This document shows positions 32,085-54,027 of a DNA stretch of 64,000 nt, one piece after another. The DNA comes from the human T2T-CHM13v2.0 reference genome, Homo sapiens. Within the stretch, counting starts at the first letter, position 1. Each line of letters starts with the position of its first letter. Under the pieces are notes generated by a model. The model was given only the letters and a program-made list of their open reading frames with translations. It made no database searches and had not been told where the DNA came from. Where the stretch lies: the NCBI RefSeq assembly GCF_009914755.1, contig NC_060947.1; one strand, 5' to 3'. The position numbers and the translations under genes were made by a program.

Positions 32085-32880
32085 GTGAGTGGGTGGGGGA
32101 AGTGTGTGTGCAAAGGGGGTGTGAGTATGTGTGTGAGCACATGAGTGATGGCTAGTGTGACTGCATGTCAGGGAGTGTGAACAAGCGTGCGAGGGTTGTG
32201 TGCAAGTGCGTATGCATATGAGAATATGTGTCTGTGGATGAGTGCATTTGAAAGTCTGTGTGTGTGTGTGTGTGTGTGGTCATGAGGGTAAGTTAGTGAC
32301 TGAATGCACAGGATGTGAGTGTGCATGGAACACTCAGTGTGTGGCAAGTGTGTAGGCGTGTGAGGACAGGCAGAAGTGTGTCAGTGTTGTGATGGGAGTG
32401 TGAATGAGTGTGCAAAAAGGTGAGTGAATGCATGGAAGTGTGTGTCAACTATGAAGGCATGTAGTGTGTCAGTGTGTGCAGTGCAAGCATGTGTGGGAAT
32501 GAGTGCTTGTTGGTGTGTCCATATCCAACGGGTATGTGTGAAAGCATGTAAAAGTGTGTGTAGTGTGATGGTGTGTGGATGTATCAGTGTGTATAAATGA
32601 GAGCATGTAAATGTGTATGTATGAGTGTTGAGTGTGCATATGTGAGGCTGTGCGTGTGAGTGTAACCATGAGGGTGTGAACGTGCTTAAGTGTATGTGCG
32701 TGTGACAGTGCAAGTGTAGGGGTGTGATGCATGTGTGGGTTTGCCAGTGTATGAGTGTACATGGTGTGGATCTGAATGTGCACAGTGTAAAGGGCATGAG
32801 TGCAAGTGTGTGTGAGTGTATGTGAATGAGTGGTAGTGTGCATGCATGTGTGAGTGCACGCTCAGAAGCATGGATGGGTG
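32085..32880. repeat. Long degenerate (TG)-rich simple repeat
   Basis: Direct reading; gives His/Thr-rich pseudo-ORFs. Confidence 0.9.
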
Positions 32881-32975
32881 CAAGCCTCCCCTACTAACTC
32901 CTCCTCCTTCCTGAGATCAAAAAAGTATGTGTTTTCTGTGTTTCAAAAATGTTTTAAAATTATGTACTGTATTTA

Positions 32976-34653
<1,678 letters not shown>

Positions 34654-35084
34654 TTAAACCTGAGGCAAGGAAAATACAGAAGAAAACCTAAACAAAGTTT
34701 CGGTTCTCAGCCCCTGAGCAGCCACTCAGTGGTGGGCGTTTCCTTCACTCCCCAGTGAGCACCTACTGTGTGTTCCGTATGGTGCAGGGCAGGGAGGAGC
34801 AGGCCAAGAAACAAACAAGCCTTGGGGTCGGGGCCACAGAGGGCACGGTGAGCTCTCAGGACAGGGCGGGAAGGGAAGGCAGAAAGGTCCTGGGCACAGG
34901 CTGGGCTGTCAGCTCCAGAGGGGTGCACTGACCCTGCATCCATGGTAAGTGGGGGGCACAGGCAGTCTGGGCTGCAGCCTCAGAGTGGAGCAGAGCCCGG
35001 GGTGTAAGAGGCCGGCTGGGGCAAGTGGGCACCAGGAGAGCCCAGGCTGGCCATTATATGTGGCTGCATTTCCATTTCCAAAAA

Positions 35085-36820
<1,736 letters not shown>

Positions 36821-37256
36821 TTGGAAAAAAAATTTTGATGTGATAATGCAAACTTACAGCGACTCACACCTGCTTTATCGGGAGTTTCAGAAGGGGCAGG
36901 AGGGAGAGGACACGCTGAGCAGCCAGAGGCTATTGACACACCGGAAGCATCCCCAGGGACTGCCTTTCTCAACATCACCCTCTGTAATGGCAGCGTCAGC
37001 CAAGAGCGCACTGCCATTGGTTTTACTGACCAAACCTAAAGAAACGGCTGCGTTCCCATCAGATTTGCTCACTAAATCATGCCGACACACAGACATGCAT
37101 CTTCCAGCCTGTTCGGCAGCAGTGCAGACAACATGAGGGGTCTCAGATCCTCCACAAGAATGATTCTGGTTCTGCCTGAGCCTTCGCCTGAGCCCCCATC
37201 AGACATTGTAAAGGTCAACTTAAGGATGATGGGCAGGCAGAGGCAGGAATAAGGAC

Positions 37257-38783
<1,527 letters not shown>

Positions 38784-38932
38784 CTACAGAAAGACAAGAA
38801 AGGGAAAAGAAGCATTGTGCTTATCAACATGTCTGCAATTTTGCTGTCATAGTAAATCCACTACTGACATTTTTTCTAAATTACGTCTTACATATACAAT
38901 TTATGTAACGTGTTTGTATTAACTGTTTTTCA

Positions 38933-42420
<3,488 letters not shown>

Positions 42421-44799
42421 ACCCCAAAACAACAACAAAATACATATACACACAGACACACAACCTAAACCCTATTGTTTTAGGATAACCACAGCAGCAA
42501 AGCCGGCCTAATAATGTATTCATCCTCTATCCTGACTGGCTTACCCCGTGGGTATTACGCCTCATGCTTTCTTGTGTGTTTTTATTTTGTTTGGTGAACA
42601 TTTACTAAATATTTCTGGATGGAATACATACACACTAGCCAACTCCTAGCCTCACCCTTGAGATGGTGGGCAGTTTCCCTGCCATGCCTCAGTCCCCGCA
42701 GACCTGCTGAATCGATCTCCTGGGTCGGAGACCCGATCTGCCCTTTCAAAAGCCCCGCTGACGATTTCGAAGGCAGACAAGTTTCCCCAAGGAATGCAGA
42801 CAGGTGAGGCAGACGGGAAAAATGTCATCATGGTACAACAGGTGCAATAAAGAGGCAGAACAGACCAGAAGCAGTGATCTCTGAGGGGCATTTTGAAGGC
42901 TGGGAATTTTTGCCAGGTAGGGCATTCTGAGTACAAAGAAAAATGTGTACATGCATGGATGCATGAAAAGGGGTTGGCATGTTGGATGGAACTGGACATT
43001 TCTGGGGGGTGGGAAGAGGGAAGATGCGGAGAGACAGGGGCCTCCATCTGACCCAAGTGTGTCCACTGGTCTGTGCTTCTGATCCACACCATCCCCCACA
43101 GCGAACCACTGGGAAGTCTGCTGTGGTTGTTGAAATGCACCCCACCACCTGCTCCAGAACCTGCCTCTCTTCTGCATTTTCAACTCAGACTCACCCTTTC
43201 AAATCTAGTTCAGATACCACTTCTTCAACAAAGCTGCTTGTGATTTCCTCGGCCAGAAACAATCTCCCTTTCTCTAACTACATTTAGTTCTTCATCACTA
43301 GCTTTCAGGCCTTGATTAGCAGGTATCTGGGTCATGTTTTATCTCCTGTTCATCAGCTACTGAGGGGCAAAGTACACATCCGGTTTGACTTCGTGGCTTC
43401 CACGACACAGCTGGGGCTGAAAAAGTATTCGCAGAATGTGCTACAAAGGTACATTATTGGAGGTAGAATTTATACGTCTCCATCAGATTAGCTACAGAAT
43501 AAGTCCCATCATGCTGCCTGATCTTGACTAAGTTTGCTTTTACTTTATGAAAAGTATGTCATTTTTTGACTCCATTCCAAACCCAAAAAGCTGTGGCCAC
43601 ATACAGCAGGGTGTGCTGGGGAGAACAAGGGCTCTGGAGAGCAGCCACACCTGAGGGATCTTGGACAAAGCCACTCAACCTCCCTGCAAAATGCTGGTAC
43701 AAAAACACTACTGCGAGCTAAGCAACCCAGAACACTGCCCGGCACAGAGCAGAGGCTCAGCAGATGGCTGTCCCGGGATGGCGTCTTGCAGCCTTCGGAC
43801 CCAGACCACAGTCCAAAAAGGTCGAGTTGCCCAAGGTCACACCTCTAGATAGTGTGGCATTTGGGCAGAATCATACTTGCCTTCCTAAACCTTAGCAAGA
43901 CAACTCTCCACTCTTGATGATGAACTGGATACAACAACCCCAGGCAGCTAAAATCACGAGTGAAGTCGAAAAAACTCAGGAGTGAAGATCGCTGATTCTA
44001 TTCTCTAACGCATCTCTTCTAGTGGAAAAAGCCCTCTTCTTTTGGCAATTTTGGGTTAAGACTAATTTTATTTACAGCGCCAGCAATGAAATGAGATGGA
44101 ATTTTACAGACGCCGTGTAGGACCCCTGGAAGGACAATGAGAGTACCCACCCCAAAAGCATAGTATCTGTATGCAAAAACAGTGACAGAGACAGAGAGAG
44201 AGAGAGAAAGAAAATGCTGAGAAGCAGCAATGAAGAGAAGAAAATGCTGGGCCGTGGCACTTGCTGTGCCTGAGACCTGAAAAGCTCAGTTGGTTCCTTT
44301 TAATTCATTCAGGTCTCAGGGGCAGCGTCTGGCCTACGGGCCCACCCACTCTAAAGCGGCCCCCCGTCCCTCCCAGAACCTGCCTGATGTTCGTTCTTCG
44401 AGTGTGTTGAAGGCCGCACCTCCTGCACTTAGGTGGGAGTGCGGGCAACCCCGTCTCTGAGTGCCCCACAGAGGCTGAACGAGTGGTCAAAGGCGTGTCA
44501 GACGAGCTAGGCAGCACAGGGGAGCCCCGGGCAGGGCTGTGGAGGCAGAGAGGGCACGACGGCGTCCCAGGCAGAGGGCCCAGCGTGAGCATCGGCTCCT
44601 CAAGTGAGGCTCCTGGGGTGAAAACGCCAGGGTGGTGGCAGGTGGGGGCCGAACGCCGTCCCTAAGGGGCTCAGCTTCGGGACACCCTGAGTCTTGACTG
44701 GGGCCGGATACTGGCCACCCCGGCCAAGCAGCTAACCCCGCCGCGGGGCCTCGGCCCCCTCCGGGCCTCAGTTTCCCCACGTCGCTCCCGGAGCCTCAC

Positions 44800-44988
44800 C
44801 TGGGGCGGCAGCAGGCGTGGCGGGCACGGGGGCTCGGCGCCAGGGTCCCGCTGGAGGGCGGCCTGATGGGCCGCGGCGGCAGCAGCTGCGCCTTCGTCAC
44901 CCGCTTCAGGACCTGCCGCAGCTGCTCGGGGCCCAGCGGGGCCACACGTGCAAGGCTGCCCTGGCCCGGAGAAGCCTGGCCGCCGCAT
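44800..44988 (-). pseudogene. ZNF839: ZNF839-paralog exon 1 (internal deletion and frameshift)
   Basis: One frame reads ARVAPLGPEQLRQVLKRVTKAQ and another reads QAALQRDPGAEPPCPPRLLPPQ; ends at CAG|GTGAGG donor (44800/44799). Confidence 0.88.
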
Positions 44989-45248
44989 CCGCCGCGGCGG
45001 CTGAAGCGGGGACTCCAACCTGGGTCGCTGGGCGACGACGTGCCTCACCTGGGAAAGCGGCGGGCTACGAGTGCCCCGCAGGCCAAGACACCTCGGAAGG
45101 CGACGCTGCCCGGCCGGGACAGCCGCCGCGGCCCCTAGGGCCGATCAGCACAGCGGACCCACCTTATTTTCTCATTGCCTGTCACGGATGTGTTTAACAC
45201 TCAGATGTCACCTCCTCCGGGAGCTGTCCCCGATCTCCCAGGCGGAGG

Positions 45249-45331
45249 TCTTTGAGGTTCCAAAGCCCCTGACCCAAAAGTTATCACATTCTTTGAGGTT
45301 CCAAAGCCCCTGGCCCACAAGTTATCACGTT
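45249..45331. repeat. 41-bp direct duplication
   Basis: TCTTTGAGGTTCCAAAGCCCCTG.CCCA.AAGTTATCAC at 45249 and 45290. Confidence 0.9.
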
Positions 45332-46141
45332 ATCCACGTGTTCTGACGTCATCGTGCACCCCAATCAGCGGAGGATCCTGCCTGGATACGCGGAGTCCTA
45401 GGTCCACCAGCAAACGTTTAGGTTTATAAATCTGAGAGGGGACCCAAAGTTTGAATTTTTAACAAGAGCGCTTCCCAACCCCCAAACTGTTCCCATGTCA
45501 CCCTACCGTCTCTCCCCTCACCCACCCAGGCTGCGTGTACCTTGAAGGGAGAGACGATATGTTACTCATTCGGTGCCCATTACAGGCCCTGCCCAGAACG
45601 CACGCTCAAGGCGTGAAAGATGGATGGATGCATAGAAACCAATAAATGAACGGGTGAACAAATCCACGAACCCACCCTCTCCACATGTCCGTCCCATCCA
45701 TCCAGCCCCAGTGCCCCGTCTTCCTCAGCCCGATCGCCTCTCTTACAGGGTCGAGGCTCTGTGCACCCTCCCCACCGAGTCTTGTAGCTGCAGGTGTGTA
45801 CACACGTCCCAGTCCCAGTCCCAGTCCCAGTCCCTCTCCCCAGGGAGCGTAGGAGGTCCACTGGCCAACAAACACTTATTAAGCGCCTGGTGGGTGAGTC
45901 GCCATTCCCTCCCTGTGGGGTACCACGGGTCTAGCTGGCGAGAAGGAGGAAACCAGCATTTGCAGTACAGTATGATGAGCACCATGAAGCCAGGAAAGGT
46001 AAGGCTGGGGGGGGGGGGGGCGCCAGGCTGGTGTCAGAGAAGGTTCTGGAACATCACCATCATCCTCATCAATACTTCGCATTCACGATGCTCCCTGCTA
46101 TTTTTTAATGGTGAATTTCATATGGTGGGTATCTTACCACA

Positions 46142-46462
46142 TTTTTTTTTGTTTGTTTGTTTTTAGACAGGGTCTCACTCTGTTGCCCAGGCTGGAGTGC
46201 AGTGGCGCCATCTCAGCTCGCTACAACCTCGACTTCCCGGGCTCAGGTGATCCTTCCACCTCAGCCTCTGGAGTAGCTCGGACTACAGGCATGCGCTACC
46301 ATGCCCAGCTAATTTTCGTTTCTTTCTTTTTTTTTTTTTTTAATAGAGAGAGGATCTCACCATGTTGCCCGGGCTGGTCTCCAACTCCTGGGCTCAGATG
46401 ATCCACTTGCCTAGGCCTCCCAAAGTGCTGGAATTACAGGCGTGAACCACTGCGCCTGGCCC
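46142..46462 (-). mobile_element. Alu (AluJ-like)
   Basis: Antisense dimer. Confidence 0.88.
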
Positions 46463-47743
46463 AAGTCAATCTTTCCTAGTTCCTTCCCAAGAAGGGATTT
46501 ATGACAACTGAGTTCTTTTGAGATCTTTTGGGAAGCTCTGCTTTTCAGCAGACAAGAAATTTCAGGAATTCAAATGCCTTCTGCTCAAAATAATTTTCAC
46601 GCCACCGTGGCACATTCTAAACCCCTTCAAGTTCAGGAAACTTGAGGGCAGCAGCCTCCACCGACTCCTCCGTGCTCTGTCCCTGCATCTAACCCGGCAC
46701 GACTACTGCAAGATGTGACATCCAACTTGTTGCGTACAGGTTTCTATTGCAGGTGTCAGCCGACCCAGGCTCTCCTAACGTTGCTTATAGTAGCAGCAGC
46801 GCCACCAGCCGGCGTTTATTGAGAACTTTCACTACACCCTGGGCACTTACCAAGGTTTTAAGCCAGTAGTCTGTAGATTTTGAGCAGCTACTGATTTAGG
46901 TCAGAGTTAGTAGATGTTTCCACTGGAGAGTTTTCAAAAGCAGGTGGAGCCCCTGCTGGATCGTGACAGAAAATGGCACTGACCCTACACAACTGGCTTC
47001 GTTCAACGGAGCACACCTGACCACCCCAGAAACTTGAACCACCAGCGAGAAACTCATCCACTTGCTCTGGCTGCAAAATGCAGAACCAAGAGGAAGAAAT
47101 GTGAAGCCTAAGATGTCTCTGAAAAGAAACGGGGGGTGGGGGGGAAGAGCAAGAGAAGGTTTCCAGAGGCTTCCACAACCAGAACGCCTCTCTAAAAACA
47201 TGGCAGGCATCTACTGGCTGGTCACTTTCTCCACGTGGCTTGGGATTTGTGTCTCACTTACCGTTTTGCTCCCCGCCTAGAACGGTGCTGGGCATGCAGT
47301 AGCCCTACACACCATCTGTGGAATGCATTCATTGCAGACCTGGATTTTCAACCCTAAGACTTCCCCGCAAGGCGGCCAAGGGAACACGAGGCGGTGACAT
47401 CTGGGAGCACCCGTCTTCACTGGGCGATTCCTCCAGGGGAGCCACAGCCTCAGGAAGCGCGGGGGCGGCAGGGGTGGGGGCTGAGGGCCGGAGATGTGGA
47501 TCGCTTTGGATATCCTGAGTGGCCTGCAGGTGGCGGAGGGTGCAGGGACTCGGGTGCGGAGCCACCGCCCCAGCGCATGCCTGGTACCTCCCGCTCTCCC
47601 CAGCAGGCTGCCCTCGACAACCTCTGGGCGGGGAGACCAAGAGATCCTGCAGTTCGCTCCTACCCGCACGCCGCTCACAGTACCCGAAAGGCGCATTTTT
47701 CACAAACTGTTGTAGAAAGAGTTCATGGCGGGGTGGCGGCGGG

Positions 47744-47758
47744 AAAAAAAAAAAAAAA
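47744..47758 (-). terminator. RNA polymerase III terminator (oligo-T)
   Basis: A15 on + strand equals T15 starting about 10 nt after the tRNA 3-prime end. Confidence 0.8.
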
Positions 47759-47768
47759 GCTAACGCCG

Positions 47769-47842
47769 TGGCCGGTGCGGGAGTCGAGCCCGCGACCTTG
47801 GTGTTATCAGCACCACGCTCTTACCAACTGAGCTAACCGGCC
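47769..47842 (-). tRNA. tRNA-Ile-GAT: tRNA-Ile, anticodon GAT
   Basis: GGCCGGTTAGCTCAGTTGGTAAGAGCGTGGTGCT-GAT-AACACCAAGGTCGCGGGCTCGACTCCCGCACCGGCCA; 74 nt; all four stems pair. Confidence 0.96.
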
Positions 47843-48182
47843 GCCTGACGGCACAGTGCCCCTGGAGCGTATAAAAGGGCTCCACGTTCGCGCCCGTCCA
47901 CGAGCGATTCCTCGCCAAGCCAGCGCGCCTCTGGCTGCCTTCCGCTTTGCCCCAGCCGCGGGGACTCCGGGGAGGAGCCACCGCCCCAGCGCTGGCCGGG
48001 TTTCTCCCGCTCCTCCCTGCCAGGCTGTCCTCGACAACCTCTGGGCCGAGTCCAAGAGATCCCGCAAGTCGCTCCTGCCCGCATGGGGCTTACAGAACCT
48101 GAAAGGCGCATTTTGAAAAAGAGTTGCAGAAACAGTTCATGGGGAGAAAACAAAGAAACAAACCAACAAAAAACTGGGACTA

Positions 48183-48256
48183 GGGCCGGTGCGGGGATCA
48201 AGCCCGCGACCATGGCGGTATCAGCACCACGCGCTCACCAACTGAGATAACCGACC
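48183..48256 (-). pseudogene. Degenerate tRNA-Ile(GAT) copy
   Basis: 74-nt gapless alignment to the first tRNA; D-stem disrupted, T-loop GCTTGAT, discriminator changed, GAT retained. Confidence 0.85.
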
Positions 48257-49011
48257 GCCCGACCATCTAGTGCTGCCCGAGCGTCTGAAAGGGCTCCGTG
48301 TTCGCGCCGGCCCGCGACGGATTTCCTTGCAGAGCCCGCGCCACTGGCTGCCTCCCCGCTTGGCCCCAGCTGCGACTTCTGACCGCCTCACTGTCATCCC
48401 CATTGGGTGGATGCAGAAACTGAGACCTAGGAGACTTCAAGGAGAAGGGAGGCGGCTTCCTACAGGGAACCGCAGGCTTCCACAGGGAAAATGCAAATTG
48501 CACATGGGAGGCTTGGCTCTGCAGTGAGGTTTTCAAACATTCCCATTCAATGCTGGTTTTAACTCTGAGAATCCTGAGGCCTGGCAACTTCGTGTATCAA
48601 GAGCCTTTCAGCATGGTTAAATCTAGCTCAGAAAACCCAGAAAACCAAAGGCCAAAAGAACCACCGAATTCCCTATTGCCCAAAAAATAACGGCTGCAGG
48701 GGTCTCGACTTCCTTCTTGTCCATTTTTATTTCCTTTCACTGTACACATGTATTTCTATATATATACACGGAATCCTTGCGCCAGGAGTGGTGGCTCTTG
48801 CCTTTAATCCCAGCACTCCGGGATGAATAAATAAATGAATGGAATGGAAAGCCTTGCTTGAAAAAGTGTATTCTGTCTTCCTTTTTGCATTTAATAGTCT
48901 GTCATTAAGTATATCCCGAAATAATTGCAAATGTCATTTTCAATGATTCATTCAAAAAAAAGAAAAGAAAAAAAATGAGACGGGGAAAGACAGAAATAGA
49001 GAAACAGAAAA

Positions 49012-51541
<2,530 letters not shown>

Positions 51542-52149
51542 GAGAGTAATGCATAAAGACACAGAAAGAGGGAGAGAGACAAAAAGAGAAAGAGAGAGAG
51601 AGAGAGAGAGAGAATGTAATAGGAGAAAGGGAGGGACAGGAGAAAAAGAGAGGGCCCTCTTCCCACTATCCTTCCAAAATCAGGGTTTCCTCATGACCCC
51701 TTCCTCAAGGCCTAGGTGCCAAAAAGGTCACTGAAGGAAGCACAGTCCCCTCTTCCTCAGCAGGCCTGAAGGCTCCTGGGCTATGGCTGCTGGTCTTCCT
51801 AAGCCAGAGGCTATAACCCTGAGCCATTGGGCTTCCCAGCCTAGCTTCCTCCTGTCCAAAATGAGAGGACAAACAGGAGTTAGAGAGCCTGAGAAGACCT
51901 GTCCCAGCAACACACCCCCCTAAGAAGGCACAGGCTGACCACTGACAACTGTTTAAATCCAGCGCCCACGTTCGGCTGGGATATTCTGACCCACTCAGGG
52001 CTGCCCCATAAACCAGCGCGTGGTCCGGATCCAAGCGCACCGAGAACTCGAAACCTCTCTGTCAAGCTGCCCATTGGGAGTTAAGTTCAAAGAGGACAAA
52101 GGAAACGAGATAAAGCGTCCAATACAAGAATTACCCATTTCAGACGCAC

Positions 52150-53575
52150 AAGACGAAGAGCACAGGCGGTGTCAGGACATGTTAGGATCCGTCCCCAACT
52201 CCGCCGTCTTCATCCCCACAAAGCCACGGAACACCTGTACCCCGGAGCCCAGCTGCTCCTGCAGCCCCTGGAGAAATCTGTACATTCCCCGCCGAGGACC
52301 CTGCCGCTGGGCACACTGGGAGGCTGGCCTGAGGGACCCCGCGCCCGTGTCCCTGGGGCCGCTGCCTGGGAGAGCGCACGAGTTACCCCAGGCGAGGTGA
52401 TCCACAGGAAGTTTGGTGACGTCGGATGGCCCAGGCCCCAGAGTGCTGTGTGTGCTGGGGGTGGAGGGTGGTCCCCGACAGGAGCCGTCGGCGTTCCAGG
52501 GAAGGCATCCGGTCGGTCGGGGGACTCGCCGGGGCTGGGGGGTGCGCTCTACTTCTCCGAGCGCCCCCCAGGGAGACCCAGGGCGCAGGGGCAGCCCCGC
52601 GCTGGGATCCCGAGCCGCAGCGGCGGGGCAGGGCCCTCCCCAGGAGGCGGGCACCCGGGGCCCTTTGTCCTACGACAGCGTCCCGGCCGCGCCGCGCGCC
52701 CCTGTGGGCCGAGTCCCCGCGCGCACTCACTCACCCACGGTGACCAGCGTGTCGAAGTCTTGAAGGCGGTTGGCAGGCGGCTCCGGCGACCGCGCCTCGG
52801 AGCTGGGGCAGAGCTCGGGCGCCCAGTCCGGGGTCTCCTCTGCCACGGCCGCCTGGGCCAGCCCGGGCGCCTTCATGGGGACGCACTCAGGTCCGGGGCG
52901 CCGGGCCGGGCCGGAGCGCTCGGGGAGCCGGGCTTCCGCGGATGCAGCCTCGGAGGGCGGCGCGGCGGCATCAACGGAGGCTCCCCATGCGCGCCATGCG
53001 GCTTGTGGAGGCCATCCTGCCCACCCGGCCCGGAGCCCGCAAGACGCCAATGCGCCTTCCGGTGCGCGCGCGGCCGGGCGCGGCTGACGGAGCGGCGGGG
53101 ACAATGGCTGGCCGTCACTCACGGCACAAGCAGCAACGGCCCCAGGTAGCAGCAGCCGCCGGCCTCGTGGGGCGGGCACGGAGCGCCGGGAGGCGGCGGG
53201 GAAGGCGGAGGCCGCGGCCCGGGCTTGTAGAGCCAGGCGGGGGCCCTGCGCATTCCCAGTCTCGCGCCCGCGGCCTCCTGCAGCTCGGTAGCAGCGTGCG
53301 CGTTGAAGAGGCGGGCGGAAGCCGCCTGGGCGAGGCCTAGGGGCTGGGGGCGTCGCCTTCGCACGCGCTCCGCCCCTGCCGCGACCCAGCCCAGGAGCCA
53401 GAGACCTGGGCGTGCCCCGCCACCGTGGGCAGGCGCGGCCCTGGGGAGGTGCTCACGCCCCCTCCGCGCCCGAGGCGCCCCTCGGGTGGCACCCAGGACG
53501 ACCTCTCACCCCGACCTACCGCCCCGACCCTCTTAGGCGCAGAGGCGCACAGGTCCAGACCCGGCTACTCAGGAG
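52150..53575 (-). promoter_or_regulatory. CpG island, PRKX-derived promoter and 5-prime UTR
   Basis: Very high CpG density and GC boxes around the PRKX-like exon. Confidence 0.85.
52735..52876 (-). pseudogene. PRKX: PRKX/PRKY-paralog first coding exon (47 codons + 1 nt); no downstream kinase exons
   Basis: MKAPGLAQAAVAEETPDWAPELCPSSEARSPEPPANRLQDFDTLVTVG matches the recalled PRKX N-terminus MEAPGLAQAAAAESDSRKVAEETPDGAPALCPSPEALSPEPPVYSLQDFDTLATVG; phase-1 GTGAGT donor. Confidence 0.92.
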
Positions 53576-53579
53576 GGAG

Positions 53580-54027
53580 GAAACATTTTACAACCTGTTC
53601 TCTCTTGTCTTTGAAGCCTGCTAGCTAAAAGCTTCATCTGCATAGTAAAACTTTGGTCTCCACCACCTCTTATCACAACCCAGACATTCCCTTCTGTGAT
53701 CTCAGGTCTTCAGATAAACTCAACCAGCTGTCAACCAGAAAATGTTTAAATTCACCCACAGCCTGGAACCCCCTTTCCTCCACCCCCTCGCCCCCACCCA
53801 CCACTTCTACTTGTCTCTTTTCTGGACCAAACCAATGTATTTCTCAAATGTATTTGATTGCTGTCTCATGCCTTCCTAAAATGTATAAAACCAAACTGCA
53901 CCCCAACCACCTTGGGCACATGTTCTCAGGACCTCCTGAGGGCTGTGTAATGGGCCATGGTCAGTCGTATTTGGCTCAGAATAAATTTCTTCAAATATTT
54001 TACAGAGTTTGACTCTTTTTGTTGACA
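53580..54027 (+). mobile_element. MER4-family LTR (5-prime truncated)
   Basis: aaaatgtataaaaccaa...caccttgggcacatgttctcaggacctcctgagggctgtg...cagagtttgactcttttt gttgaca. Confidence 0.8.

Larger units (their letters stand above)
44300..45400. promoter_or_regulatory. CpG island (ZNF839-derived promoter) with E-box, CRE and CCAAT
   Basis: CACGTG 45335-45340, TGACGTCA 45344-45351, CCAAT 45361-45365. Confidence 0.7.
47555..48380. repeat. Diverged ~414-bp tandem duplication, each unit containing a tRNA-Ile sequence
   Basis: gagccaccgccccagcgc...cctcgacaacctctggg...aaaggcgcattt...tRNA...ctggctgcct occurs twice. Confidence 0.9.

Noticed and set aside
32381-32883. His/Thr-rich ORFs
   Set aside because: Translation of the TG-rich simple repeat
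52169-53149. 326-aa + strand ORF
   Set aside because: Antisense to the PRKX-like exon in a CpG island; compositionally biased with no domain
52727-53179. A functional PRKX or PRKY kinase gene
   Set aside because: Only exon 1 is present; no GTGTFGRV exon or other kinase motifs found downstream in the window
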